DNA of 64,000 bases, from the NCBI RefSeq assembly GCF_032444005.1, contig NC_091282.1, positions 184,698,001 through 184,762,000 on the forward strand. Direction: 5' to 3'. This DNA comes from Ranitomeya imitator (lineage: Eukaryota). A program made the translations under genes and the position numbers. Positions within the stretch are counted from its first letter, which is position 1, and each line of letters opens with the position of its first letter. The notes below the pieces were generated by a model. The model searched no databases. It saw only the letters and a program-made list of their open reading frames with translations, and was not told the DNA's origin. This document shows, one piece after another, positions 38,108-51,102 of this stretch.

Positions 38108-39667
38108 AAATCACCTCACCAGCCTTTTTAAAAAACTCTGGCGAAATTGATGCCACTGAAGTGGTGTCTGTTTGCCGAATTTTTGGACAAAATGGAGACT
38201 CTTTATTGAGTCCCCTTGCTGTGTTTTACTTGACGTTGCCATCGTCAATTCCATGTGGGTGGGGTCGTCTGCAGAGTTGTTTACTCATACTATGGCCTGG
38301 GATTCAGAGGTCTGCTCCAAAGCTTCAATGTCTGCTAGTCAGCAGAGTAGCCCACCCACCCACTGCCCGTTTATCGAAGTAATAATTTTTAACTGCATCT
38401 AGCCCAGGAAATCCTTTTGGGCCTAGTAGCATTTTGTGCTACTCAGCAGAGTACCCCACCCATAAAGCAAGCTACACTGCCTGTTAACCTAACTACTATT
38501 TTTTAACGGCATCTAGCCCAGGAAATCTTTTTGGGCCTAGTAGCAATTTCTGCTACTCAGCAGAGTACTCCACCCATAAAACAAGCTACACCGCCTGTTT
38601 ACCTAAGTACTAATTTTTAACGGCATCTAGCCCAGGAAATCCTTTTGGGCCTAGTAGAATTTCGTCGAACACACCCCAGTTCGACTAACCGAACTCGAAC
38701 ACTAGGGGGTGGCTCAACACTACCCATGACTATTTTATTTTTTTTACTATGTGTCTAAGAACTAACAGGCAGGTAGTTGCTAACTAACAGCCTGTTCTAA
38801 GGGCCATGTTTATTGATTTAACTTTGCACTGGTTTATGCAGTACGTTTTAATAAACCAGTTTAAAACTTAAATGTAAAGTGTTCCTGTGACTACCTCTTT
38901 AAGCAGCAGAGGGACCACAGTACCCCAAAAGGTTCAAATAACAAGTACAGCGTGCCAAATACCTCAAATAGCTCTATTGATGAAAAAAATAAAGTTGTGG
39001 TTTTCAAAAAATGCTGACACAATTCAATTTTTATACACAGTTCTGATTTTTTTTAAAGTCAGGGAAATCTAAAAAATGCTAAGTTTAGTATTGAAGAATA
39101 CAAAAAAATAAAAAAAATGGCAGTAATGCAGTTTTTTCCCATTTCAACCCACTTTGATTTTTTTCCCATTATTCAGAATCTTATATATAAATGGAATCAG
39201 TGAAAACTAAAGCTCTTCCTGTAAAGAAACAACCTCCCTGTGACTATGTCTTCAGACAATCAGACAAATAAAAAAATATGGCTCTAGGAAGGGGGAAGAA
39301 AACTGAAAGTGCAAAAATGAAAAATCGTTGTAAATGAAAGGGGTTAAGAATCTCTGTAGGAACTATTTGCCATTATGTGCTATTCGCACAACAGATTAAG
39401 CTATTTTTTGTGAGTCTGTTTGGAAATAACCCTCATTGGTCAGGGAAAGGTCCGTATGCAGTTAATTGTACATACGCATAGGGCGCTGACCAAAAATATG
39501 TGAACATCGCCTAAGAGAGAAAATAAATTACCGTAGATATTTTAGATGTTTTGGTTCAAAAAGTCTGAATTAATGAATGTAATGTATCGACAGTGCAAAT
39601 AATTTCTTTTACAACTACAAAAATTATCCATAATACAAATGATTGTTAATATGTTGGTTATACATAC

Positions 39668-39748
39668 CTATTAACTTTATGCTTAGGAAAACTAATACTG
39701 TTTTTTATAAATAAAGTGAAGTTTTCTGCCTGCAACAATAAAGGAGGG
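39668..39748 (-). CDS. P2RX1: P2RX1 exon 6 equivalent (81 bp)
   Basis: ag|(N)[26 protein letters not shown](R)|gtatgt. Not in the ORF track; found by reverse-complement reading. Confidence 0.93.
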
Positions 39749-40193
39749 CTGGAAAAAAAAGTAGCAATTAGACTGTAATATCAACCAAGAATATGAGACC
39801 ACAATGCAGAAGCATTCAGATGTTACATTAGAACAGAAAAACTATTTGGAAAAACAGTACTGTATTTCAGAAACATAAATTACAAGTGGACACTTTGTCC
39901 CAGGACGGTGACTGTGATAGAAACTCCATATTACCCATATCACACTGTGTATTCCTGTACAGTGCTGCGATGTTGGCACTGAATGCTGCAGAAATTGGTG
40001 TGTACAGAAGCCACTGAATGCCATCCTAGCTGGTGAGTGGTGGCCACAGTGTCCACTACAGTATAAATAATTGGATGGCAAGTCCCTACTGGCCCACATA
40101 TATAAAATGCCTTAGCATGTCAAGTGATCATCACACCACATGGTGCCAGTATTTAGGTTACAAATTGACACAGGAGATGCGAAGGCATACATA

Positions 40194-40263
40194 CAGTGGG
40201 GCAAAAAAGTATTTAGTCAGTCAGCAATATTGCTGACTGACTAAATACTTTTTTGCCCCACTG
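40194..40263. mobile_element. 70-bp perfect-palindrome mini-Tc1 made of two outer 35-bp TIR ends
   Basis: cagtggggcaaaaaagtatttagtcagtcagcaat followed by its exact reverse complement; TA-flanked. Confidence 0.92.
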
Positions 40264-40273
40264 TATATATATA

Positions 40274-41880
40274 CAGTGGGGCAAAAAAGTATTTAGTCAG
40301 TCAGCAATAGTGCAAGTTCCACCACTTAAAAAGATGAGAGGCGTCTGTAATTTACATCATAGGTAGACCTCAACTATGGGAGACAAACTGAGAAAAAAAA
40401 AATCCAGAAAATCACATTGTCTGTTTTTTTAACATTTTATTTGCATATTATGGTGGAAAATAAGTATTTGGTCAGAAACAAAATTTCATCTCAATACTTT
40501 GTAATATATCCTTTGTTGGCAATGACAGAGGTCAAACGTTTTCTGTAAGTCTTCACAAGGTTGCCACACACTGTTGTTGGTATGTTGGCCCATTCCTCCA
40601 TGCAGATCTCCTCTAGAGCAGTGATGTTTTTGGCTTTTCGCTTGGCAACACGGACTTTCAACTCCCTCCAAAGGTTTTCTATAGGGTTGAGATCTGGAGA
40701 CTGGCTAGGCCACTCCAGGAACTTGAAATGCTTCTTACGAAGCCAATCCTTCGTTGCCCTGGCGGTGTGCTTTGCATCATTGTCATGTTGAAAGACCCAG
40801 CCACGTTTCATCTTCAATGCCCTTGCTGACGGAAGGAGGTTTGCACTCAAAATCTCACGATACATGGCCCCATTCATTCTTTCATGTACCCGGATCAGTC
40901 GTCCTGGCCCCTTTGCAGAGAAACAGCCCCAAAGAATGATGTTTCCACCACCATGCTTTACAGTAGGTATGGTGTTTGATGGATGCAACTCAGTATTCTT
41001 TTTCCTCCAAACACGACAAGTTGTGTTTCTACTAAACAGTTCCAGTTTGGTTTCATCAGACCATAGGACATTCTCCCAAAACTCCTCTGGATCATCCAAA
41101 TGCTCTCTAGCAAACTTCAGACGCGCCCGGACATGTACTGGCTTAAGCAGTGGGACACGTCTGGCACTGCAGGATCTGAGTCCATGGTGGCGTAGTGTGT
41201 TACTTATGGTAGGCCTTGTTACACTGGTCCCAGCTGTCTGCAGTTCGTTCACTAGGTCCCCCCGCGTGGTTCTGGGATGTTTGCTCACCGTTCTTGTGAT
41301 CATTCTGATCCCACGGGGTGGGATGTTGCGTGGAGCCCCAGATCGAGGGAGATTATCAGTGGTCTTGTATGTGTTCCATTTTCTAATTATTGCTCCCACT
41401 GTTGATTTCTTCACTCCAAGCTGGTTGGCTATTGCAGATTCAGTCTTCCCAGCCTGGTGCAGGGCTACAATTTTGTTTCTGGTGTCCTTTGACAGCTCTT
41501 TGGTCTTCACCATAGTGGAGTTTGGAGTCAGACTGTTTGAGGGTGTGCACAGGTGTCTTTTTATACTGATAACAAGTTTAAACAGGTGCCATTACTACAG
41601 GTAATGAGTGGAGGAAAGAGGAGACTCTTAAAGAAGAAGTTACAGGTCTGTGAGAGCCAGAAATCTTGATTGTTTGTTTCTAACCAAATACTTATTTTCC
41701 ACCATAATATGCAAAAAAAATGATAAAAAACCAGACAATGTGATTTTCTGGATTTTTTTTTCTCAGTTTGTCTCCCATAGTTGAGGTCTACCTATGATGT
41801 AAATTACAGACGCCTCTCATCTTTTTAAGTGGTGGAACTTGCACTATTGCTGACTGACTAAATACTTTTTTGCCCCACTG
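40274..41880 (-). mobile_element. Full-length Tc1 transposon (1607 bp) with ~200-bp IR/DR-type TIRs
   Basis: TA|CAGTGGGGC...GCCCCACTG|TA; near-identical long TIRs with inner (aataagtatttggt) and outer (aaaagtatttagt) direct repeats. Confidence 0.96.
40491..41513 (-). CDS. Intact Tc1 DD34E transposase (340 aa)
   Basis: Paired-like HTH N-terminus, GAPR linker, WSDETK, HDND-x-SPDLNPIE with exactly 34 residues between D and E; no stops. Confidence 0.95.
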   Translation of the reverse strand: MVKTKELSKDTRNKIVALHQAGKTESAIANQLGVKKSTVGAIIRKWNTYKTTDNLPRSGAPRNIPPRGIRMITRTVSKHPRTTRGDLVNELQTAGTSVTRPTISNTLRHHGLRSCSARRVPLLKPVHVRARLKFAREHLDDPEEFWENVLWSDETKLELFSRNTTCRVWRKKNTELHPSNTIPTVKHGGGNIILWGCFSAKGPGRLIRVHERMNGAMYREILSANLLPSARALKMKRGWVFQHDNDAKHTARATKDWLRKKHFKFLEWPSQSPDLNPIENLWRELKVRVAKRKAKNITALEEICMEEWANIPTTVCGNLVKTYRKRLTSVIANKGYITKY

Positions 41881-41890
41881 TATATACACA

Positions 41891-42262
41891 CAGTGGGAAA
41901 AATCAGTATTTGATACACTGCCGATTTTGCAAGTTTTCCCACCTAAAATGAATGGAGAGGTCTGTAATTTTTACTGTAGGTACACTTCAGATGTTAGAGA
42001 CAGAATATGAAAAACAGAAAATCACAAGGTATGATTTATAAATAACTTATGATTTATAAATAACTATCAAACACTTATTTAATGCAATAAAATGCAAATT
42101 AATTATGTAAATATCACGCAATGTGATTTTCTGGATTTTTGTTAAGATTCTGTCTCTCACAGTCAAAATTTATCTACTATAAAAATTACAGACATCTCCA
42201 TGCTTTGTAGGTGGGAAAACTTGCAAAACCGGAAGTGTATCAAATACTTACTTTCCCCTCTG
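41891..42262. mobile_element. Non-autonomous Tc1 remnant with related TIRs
   Basis: cagtgggaaaaatcagtatttgatac ... gtatcaaatacttactttcccctctg. Confidence 0.72.
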
Positions 42263-42833
42263 GATAAAATATTAGTAAAATCAAGTAAAGTGACATTTTG
42301 ACAACCAGAAATTGAATGTAAAGAATAATGATTTTGGAAATGAACAATACTAGTAGCAAACCTAAGTTAAATATGTATGGGTACCAGGGTTGTCAATTTT
42401 TCTGAACAGCATACATGTCTACAGCCCATAATTCTGATAATTCTGATATGACGCCATCAGCTACATTCACTGTAAACTGTAACATGATAATGATTAAAGT
42501 CAAATTATCTGTATAATGCTTCTGCATCATCAAAAAAATAATGGACACCTTACTTTTTTTTTTCAAGGACAGGGAAAAAAAGTGCCCTATTTTTAAGAAC
42601 TGTCTTGGAATTTCTGGATGGTTGGCAACTTTGATGGGTACACCAATGTGACTGCAGATTGATGAATCCTGTAAGTGTTCCTTATGCTTTCAGGGTCACC
42701 CTCTATGTCAATCTCGATCGAGTGGTCAAGTATGTTGACTAACAACTTTTCTTGTCTCTATCAATGTTCTATTCTGTAAAGCAGATGAGAAGCTACTCTG
42801 CATGTGACCGCATCAAAGCAAATCACATACTTA

Positions 42834-43349
42834 GGCCTCTTTCACACTTCAGTTATTCGGCGTCAGTCTAAAACCGCCATTTTCCTCAAATAACGGATCC
42901 GTCATTTTTTTTGACGGATCCGTTATTTTCCCATAGACTTGCATTAGTGACGGATTGTGACGGATGGTCGTCCGTTCCATCCGCCATGCGACGGATCCGT
43001 CGACATTTGGCGGACGTTTTCTGAAAATAGACGGACATTGGAACGTTTTTTGTCAACGCCGAAATGGCGGATCGCGACGGATCCGTCGCGTCCGCCATTC
43101 CATAGAATGGGCGCCTATGGGCGACGGATCCGCCGCAACCGTTTTTTCGGCGGATCCGTCGCCCCAATCCGTTTTTTCAATTGCGCATGCTCCAAAAAGT
43201 AGATACTTCTCCCAGACAACCCCCAAGTAACGGATCCGTCAAAAAAACGGATCCGTTAGAACCGTTTTCGCAACAATTGTGACGGATCCGTCAATCCGTC
43301 ACTATGTCGGTAGTGACTGACGCCAAAAGACTGAAGTGTGAAAGAGGCC
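42834..43349. mobile_element. PIF/Harbinger-type MITE (516 bp), highly palindromic
   Basis: 20-bp perfect TIRs ggcctctttcacacttcagt; TTA TSD at 42831-42833 and 43350-43352; many gacggatcc subterminal motifs. Confidence 0.9.
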
Positions 43350-43590
43350 TTACTGTGACATTAAAGGCTCCTCTCGCAGGCAATGCAGCAGAATCCTGAC
43401 AGTGTGCATATTGATCACTGGCAGGGTTTGCAAAGCTGCAGTCATATATAATCACTGCAGATATTTATGGTCAGCCTTTCTAGGAAGGTTCCCTCACAAA
43501 TGATCGGTCCTATAGATTCAAAAATTCTCATAAGATACATACAGAATATTAAGGTATGTTAAGAAATTTTCATAATTGACAAGAGCATAC

Positions 43591-43687
43591 TTAGGAACAA
43601 CATAGTCATTTTCCACAGGACACCAAGCATAGACTTCACAAGACTTGATTTCATTGTTGATAGGTGTGCAATTTCCAGTAAGGACAC
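43591..43687 (-). CDS. P2RX1: P2RX1 exon 5 equivalent (97 bp)
   Basis: ag|GVLTGNCTPINNEIKSCEVYAWCPVENDYVVP|gtatgc; phases of all six exons join in frame (97/81/142/128/91/66 bp). Confidence 0.93.
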
Positions 43688-43909
43688 CTGAAATAAATAT
43701 AGTGAAAATGTAATATAGGAGAAAAATATAAGTTACTGAATGTTTTGTACTTTTTATTGGCATGCATTTATGGTCACATTTTCTTGTGTTGTCACAATTA
43801 ATTTGATTTTTAAAGAGAAAAATTCTAAAATTAGGAGCATTTCCAGTACTGTACAGAAAATTGAAAGTATTAATTTCTAGTAAAAAAATATGCCTTCAGT
43901 TTTATTCAT

Positions 43910-44304
43910 GTGTTTGAATGGACCAGTCAAAATCCAGACCTAAATCCCATTGATAATCTGTGACAAAACTTGAAAATTGCTGTTCACAGATGTTCTTCAT
44001 CCACTTTCACTGATCTAGAGTTAGTTTGCAAAGAAGAATTGGCAAAAATTTCAGCCCCTTGTTGTTCAAAGCTGGCAGAGACATACCCCAAAGGACTTAC
44101 AACAGTAATTGAAGTGAAAGGTGGTCCTACAAAGAAGTATTGCTATTTTGAAACCATGTATCATTTCATTTACACAACAAAAATAGTTGCTACTTTGTGT
44201 TTGTATATCACATTAAATCCCAATAAAATACATATACATTTGTGGGTGTAATATGAAAAAAACATGGACAAGTTAATGGAGTATGAATACGTTTTAAAGC
44301 ACTG
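43910..44304 (+). mobile_element. Tc1 3' fragment
   Basis: SPDLNPIDNL-like remnant, ..VCKEELAKI..ETYPK.L..VI..KGG.TK and a terminal gtatgaatacgttttaaagcactg|ta. Confidence 0.75.
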
Positions 44305-44672
44305 TAGTAATCTTTACCTTCCGAGCCCTGCCAGGTGCCTAAACAGTAGTTTTTTCCCATATCTGGGGCATCGGTGTATGAAGTAGAAATTGTTCAACAA
44401 ATTAGCTTTTCTATTATATCCTGTTACCCTTGTGAAAATGAAGCATTTGGTGCTAAAGCAACATTTTTGTGAAACCCCAAAACGTTTCATTTTTATGGTC
44501 CTATGTTTTAAAATTCTGCGAAGCACCTATAAGTTCAAGATGCTCACCGTACCCCTAGATAAATTCTTTGAGAGGTGTAGTTTCCAAAATGGGGTCTGCT
44601 CTTTTGGAACCTCTACAGCTCTTCAAATGTAACGTGGTGTTTGCAGTCTATTGAAGCCAAATCTGAGCTTAA

Positions 44673-45492
44673 GGGTATGTGCACACGATGCAGATTTAGT
44701 GCAGAAAAATCTGCTGCAGTTCTGCACTAAATCTGCATCTCCTGGCAGAATCTGCAGGTGCGTTTTTTATGCGTTTTTTATGCGTTTTTTGAGCACAAAT
44801 AACGCATGAAAAACGCATGAAAAACGCATGAAAAACGCACCTGCAGATTTCTATTATGGAGGGGTGCAGAAACGCTGCAGAACTGCACAAAAGAAGTGAC
44901 AGGCACTTCTTTGAAAACTGCAGCGTTTCTGCGCAGATTTTTCTGCACCATGTGCACAGCTTTTTTTTTTCACATTGATTTACATTGTACTGTGATCACA
45001 GTGCAGTTCTGCAGCGTTTCTGCTGCAGAAAAATCTGCAGCAGTTCTGCACTAAATCTGCATCGTGTGCACATACCCTTATGTGCACACGATGCAGATTT
45101 AGTGCAGAACTGCTGCAGATTTTTCTGCAGCAGAAACGCTGCAGAACTGCACTGTGATCACAGTACAATGTAAATCAATGGGAAAAAAAAAAAGCTGTGC
45201 ACATGATGCAGAAAAATCTGCGCAGAAACGCTGCAGTTTTCAAAGAAGTGCCTGTCACTTCTTTTGTGCAGTTCTGCAGGGTTTCTGCACCCCTCCATAA
45301 TAGAAATCTGCAGGTGCGTTTTTCATGCGTTATCTGTGCTCAAAAAACGCATCAAAAACGCATCAAAAACGCATCAAAAACGCATAAAAAACGCATAAAA
45401 AACGCACCTGCAGATTCTGCCAGGAGATGCAGATTTAGTGCAGAACTGCAGCAGATTTTTCTGCACTAAATCTGCATCGTGTGCACATACCC
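44673..45492. mobile_element. Inverted dimer of a Harbinger-type MITE forming an ~820-bp palindrome
   Basis: TAA|GGGTATGTGCACAC...GTGTGCACATACCC|TAA; central junction gtgtgcacata-ccct-tatgtgcacac at 45064-45089. Confidence 0.88.
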
Positions 45493-46939
45493 TAAAAGTC
45501 AGGTAGCACTCCTTTCCATCCAAGCTCTGTAGTGAGCCAAAACAGTAGTTTTCTCCAAACGTGAAGCTTCAGTGTACTCAGAAGAAATTGAACAACAAAC
45601 TGGTGGCCCATTTTCTGCTGTCATCCTTGTGAAAATGAAAACTTTAGAGCTAAAACAACATTTTTGTGAAATTTTTTACATAATTTTTTTCCACTTTGTT
45701 ATTATTCTTGTGAAGCATCGGAAGGGTTAACAAACTTCCTGAATGCAGTTTTGAATACTGTGAGGGGTGCTGTTTTTACAGTGGGGTCTTGTTTGAGGGT
45801 TTTCTGACAGATAGGATCCTCAAAGTCACTTCAAAGGTGAAATCTTTAAAAAAATAGGATTTGTAAATTTCCTTAGAAATATGAAAAATTACTGCTAAAC
45901 TTTTAACCCTTCTAACTTCCTAACAAAAAAAAATGTTTAAAAAAGGATGCTGACTTGTGATGAGCGAATATACTCGTTGCTCGAGTTTTCCTGAGCACAC
46001 TCGGGTGGTCTCTCAATATTTGTAACTGCTTGGAGATTAGGTTTTCATCACCTCAGCAGCATGATTTGCGGCTATTAGACAGATTGAACACATGTGGGTA
46101 TTCCCTAGCAACCAGGCAACCTGTTATGATACGGTGGTCTAGGAGCAACATGGAATGAGCTCTGAAGGAAATGGTAACTGTACTGACCGCAGTCCCTAAG
46201 CTCAACACAACACTAGAAGTAGCCGTGGAATGCTCCTAACTCTCCCTAGGCATCTCGTCACAGCCTAATAGCTAACTTCTCCTAAAGATAGAAGCAGGAA
46301 AGCTATCTTGCCTCAGAGAAAATCCCCAAAGGATAGATTAGCCCCCCCACAAATAATGACTGTGAGTGGAGAGGGAAAAGACATACACAGAATGAAACCA
46401 GGATGAGCACAAGAGGCCAGTCTAACTAAATAGATAGGACAGGATGGAATACTGTGCGGTCAGTATCAAACACTACAAAAATCCACGCAAAGTTTACAAA
46501 AAAATCTCCACACCTGACTAAAGGTGTGGAGGGCAAATCTGCCTCCCAGAGCTTCCAGCAAGACAGAATTAATTCACACTGATAAGCTGGACAAACATAG
46601 AAAGCACAGAATGGATAAGTCCACAATCTATGAACAGAAAAGGGCAAGCAAAAACTTAGCTTAGCTGAACTGGTCAGGATAACAGGGAACTCCAAAGAGA
46701 TGTGAATCCAACCAGGAACCATTTACAAGTGGCACAGGCTGAAGATAGAGCCAGACTTAAATTGCCGAGCAGAAGAGACGATAAGTGGAGGCAGCTGATG
46801 ACAGCTAAGTCCAAGGAGCAGCCATAACACTAGAAACCTCAAGAGGGAGCCCAAGAGCAGAACTCACAAAAGTGCCACTTACAACCACCGGAGGGAGCCC
46901 AAGAGCGGGATTCACAACAGTACCCCCCCCCTTGAGGAG

Positions 46940-49900
46940 GGGTCACCGAACCCTCACCAGAGCCCCCAGGCCGATCAGGACGAGCCAAGTGAAAACCACG
47001 AACCAAATCGGTGGCATGGACATCGGAGGCAACAACCCAAGAATTATCCTCCTGGCCATAACCCTTCCACTTGGCAAGATATTGAAGCCTCCGCCTCGAA
47101 AAACGAGAATCCAAAATCTTTTCAACCTCATATTCCAACTCTCCCTCAACCAACACCGGGGCAGGAGGGTCAACCGAGGGAACAACGGGCACCACAAATC
47201 TCGGCAACAAAGATCAATGGAAAACATTATGAATGGCAAAAGAGGCGGGAAGAGCCAAACGAAAAGACACCAGATTAATAATTTCAGAAATTTTATAAGG
47301 ACCAATAAATCGAGGCTTAAACTTAGGAGAAGAAACCTTCATAGGAACATGACGAGAAGACAACCAAACCAAATCCCCCACACGAAGCCAGGGACCAACA
47401 CACCGACGGCGGTTGGCAAAACGTTGAGCCCTTTCCTGAGACAACGTCAAATTGTCCACCACATGAGTCCAAATCTGCTGCAGCATGTCCACCACAGAAT
47501 CAACACCAGGACAATCAGAAGGCTCAACCTACCCAGAAAAAAAACGAGGATGAAAACCAAAATTACAAAAGAAAGGTGAAACCAAAGTAGCCGAACTAGC
47601 CCGATTATTAAGGGCAAACTCGGCCAACGGCAAGAAAGACACCCAATCATCCTGATCAGCAGACACAAAGCATCTCAAATAGGTCTCCAAGGTCTGATTA
47701 GTTCGCTCAGTTTGGCCATTAGTCTGAGGATGAAACGCCGAAGAAAAAGACAAATCAATGCCCATCCTAGCACAAAAGGCCCGCCAAAATCTAGAGACAA
47801 ACTGAGAACCTCTGTCAGACACAATATTCTCTGGAATGCCATGCAAACGAACCACATGCTGAAAAAAAAATGGAACCAGATCTGAGGAGGAAGGCAACTT
47901 AGGCAAAGGTACCAGATGGACCATTTTAGAGAACCGGTCACAAACAACCCAGATAACAGACATCTTCTGGGAAACAGGAAGATCCGAAATAAAATCCATG
48001 GAAATATGCATCCAGGGCCTCTCAGGGACCAGCAAAGGCAAAAGCAACCCACTAGTGTGGGAACAGCAAGGCTTGGCCCGGGCGCAAGTCCCACAGGACT
48101 GCACAAAAGCACGCACATCGCGCGACAAGGAAGGCCACCAAAAGGACCTGGCATCCAAATCTCTGGTACCAAAAATCCCAGGATGCCCAGCCAACACTGA
48201 ACAATGAACCTCAGAAATTACCTTACTTGTCCATCTATCAGGAACAAACAGCTTCCCCACTGGACAGCGGTCAGGCCTATCAGCCTGAAATTCCTGAAGC
48301 ACCCACCACAAATCAGGGGAGATAGCAGAAAGAATCACCCCCTCCTTAAGAATGCCAACCGGCTCAAGGACTCCAGGAGAATCAGGCGAAAAACTCCTAG
48401 AGAGGGCATCAGCCTTAACATTCTTAGATCCCGGAAAATACGAGACCACAAAATCAAAACGGGAGAAAAACAGGGACCATCGAGCCTGTCTAGGATTCAG
48501 CCGCTTGGCCGACTCGAGGTAAATCAGATTCTTATGATCGGTCAGGACCACAACACGGTGTTTAGCTCCCTCAAGCCAATGTCGCCACTCCTCAAACGCC
48601 CACTTCATAGCCAACAACTCCCGATTGCCGACATCATAATTGCGTTCCGCAGGCGAAAACTTTCTGGAAAAACAAGCACACGGTTTCATCAAAGAACCAT
48701 CAGACTCCCTCTGAGACAAAACGGCCCCTGCCCCAATCTCAGAAGCGTCGACCTCAACCTGAAAAGGAAGAGAAACATCCGGTTGATGCAACACAGGGGC
48801 AGAAGTAAATTGGCGTTTAAGCTCCTGAAAGGCCTCAACAGCCTCAGAGGACCAATTCATCACATCAGCGCCTTTCTTCGTCAAATCAGTAAGGGGCTTA
48901 ACCACACTGGAAAAGTTGGCAATGAAACGGCGATAGAAATTAGCAAAACCCAAAAATTTTTGAAGACCCTTCACAGATGTGGGTTGGATCCAGTCATGAA
49001 TAGCTTGGACCTTAACAGGATCCATTTCTATAGACGAGGGAGAAAAAAATAAAACCCAAAAAAGAGACCTTCTGAACTCCGAATAGGCACTTAGACCCCT
49101 TCACAAATAAAGCATTATCATGAAGGATCTGGAACACCATCCTGACCTGCTTCACATGAGACTCCCAATCATCGGAAAAAATCAAAATATCATCCAAATA
49201 TACGACCATGAATTTATCAAGATAATTGCGGAAAATATCATGCATGAAAGACTGAAACACAGATGGAGCATTAGAGAGCCCAAATGGCATCACAAGGTAT
49301 TCAAAATGGCCTTCGGGCGTATTAAATGCAGTTTTCCATTCGTCACCCTGTTTAATACGAACAAGATTATATGCCCCTCGGAGGTCAATCTTAGTAAACC
49401 AACTAGCCCCCTTAATCTGAGCAAACAAATTAGTAAGCAAAGGCAAGGGGTATTGGAATTTGACCGTGATCTTATTAAGAAGACGATAATCAATACAAGG
49501 TCTCAAGGAGCCATCCTTCTTAGCAACAAAAAAGAAACCCGCTCCCAATGGTGACGAAGAGGGCCGAATATGCCCTTTCTCCAAAGATTCCTTAACATAG
49601 CTCCGCATGGCTGCATGCTCTGGCACAGACAGATTGAAAAGTCGGCCCTTAGGGAACTTACAACCAGGAATCAAGTTAATAGCACAATCACAGTCCCTGT
49701 GCGGAGGAAGGGAACTGGACTTGGGCTCATCAAATACATCCTGGAAATCCGACAAAAACTCAGGGACCTCAGAAGAGGGGGAAGAGGAAATTGACATCAA
49801 AGGAACGTCACTATGTACTCCTCGACAACCCCAACTAGTCACTGACATAGTTTTCCAATCCAGCACCGGATTATGTTCCTGTAACCATGGAAATCCCAGT

Positions 49901-51102
49901 ACAACAACATCATGCAGGTTAGGGGAACACTAGAAAACGGCAATCTTCCTGATGTGCAGGAGCCATGTACATAGTCATCTGTGTCCAGTACTGAGGTTTA
50001 TCCTTGGCCAAGGGTGTAGCATCAATGCCCCTCAAAGGAATAGGGCTCTGCAAAGGCTGCAAGGAAAAACCACAGCGCCTGGCGAATTCTAAGTCCATTA
50101 AGTTCAGGGCAGCGCCTGAATCCTCAAATGCCATGACAGAAAAGGACGACAATGAGCAAATCAGGGTCACAGATAAGAGAAATTTAGGCTGTATAGTACT
50201 AATGGTAACAGACCTAGAGACTCTCTTAGTACGCTTAGGGCAATCAGAGATAACATGAGCCGAATCACCACAGTAAAAACACAGCCTATTCTGACGTCTG
50301 AATTCCTGCCGTTCTATTCTAGTCAAAATCCTATCACATTGCATAGGTTCAGGAATTTGCTCAGAGGATACTGCCATATGGTGCACAGCTTTGCGCTCGC
50401 GCAGACGCCGATCAATCTGAATGGCTAGAAACATAGATTCGCTCAAACCGGCAGGCGTAGGAAAGCCCACCATAACATCTTTAAGGTTTTCAGAAAGACC
50501 TTTTCTGAAAATAGCAGCCAGAGCCTCTTCATTCCATTTAGTGAGCACAGACCATTTTCTAAATTTCTGGCAGTATAACTCTGCCGCTTCCTGACCTTGA
50601 CACAAGGCCAACAGTGTTTTTTCTGCATGAGCCACAGAATTAGGTTCGTCATACAATAATCCGAGCGCTTGAAAAAATGCATCTACATTCAATAATGCCG
50701 GATCCCCTGTTTCAAGAGAAAAAGCCCAGTCTTGAGGGTCACCACGCAGCAAGGATATGATGATTTTTACTTGCTGAATGGGATCACCAGAAGAACGAGG
50801 TTTCAATAGCAAAAAACAATTTGCAGTTATTTTTAAAGTTCAAAAACTTGCATCTGTCCCCAAAAAAACAAATCAGGAGTAGGAATTCTGGGCTCTAAAG
50901 CCGGAGTCTGGACAACATAGTCCTGGATACACTGTACTCTTGCAGCAAGTTGATCCACACGAGAAAACAAACCCTGAACATCCATGCCAAAGCACATATC
51001 CTGAACCACCCAGATATCAAGAGGAAAAAAAAAAAAAGACAAACTAGAGCACAGAAAAAAAAATGGTTCAGAACCTTCTTTTCCTTCTTTTGAGAGATGC
51101 AT
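46940..51102 (-). pseudogene. Gypsy gag-pol with frameshifts and a premature stop
   Basis: Gag CFYCGDSAHVISDCP knuckle; PR DSGA; [10 protein letters not shown] and YLDDILIFS; RH DASEIG and TDHKNL; IN HISMDF, SDRGSQF and GQTERTN; chromodomain YEVEKILDSR..YLAKWKGYGQEDNSW. Confidence 0.93.

Larger units (their letters stand above)
33505..38722 (+). mobile_element. Decayed hAT element with the left end missing
   Basis: Right TIR-like end ggctcaacacta at 38711-38722; tandem arrays on both sides of a hAT transposase; no left TIR found. Confidence 0.85.

Noticed and set aside
43518-43763. 81-aa ORF read as a standalone protein
   Set aside because: Only 43591-43687 is coding (P2RX1 exon); the rest is intron read-through. 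The same applies to 32900-33100.
44980-45173. Nearly identical 62-aa ORFs on both strands
   Set aside because: A direct consequence of the MITE palindrome.
46872-50258. Long plus-strand ORFs (235, 282 and 144 aa) over the Gypsy interior
   Set aside because: Antisense shadows of pol with no recognisable motifs.
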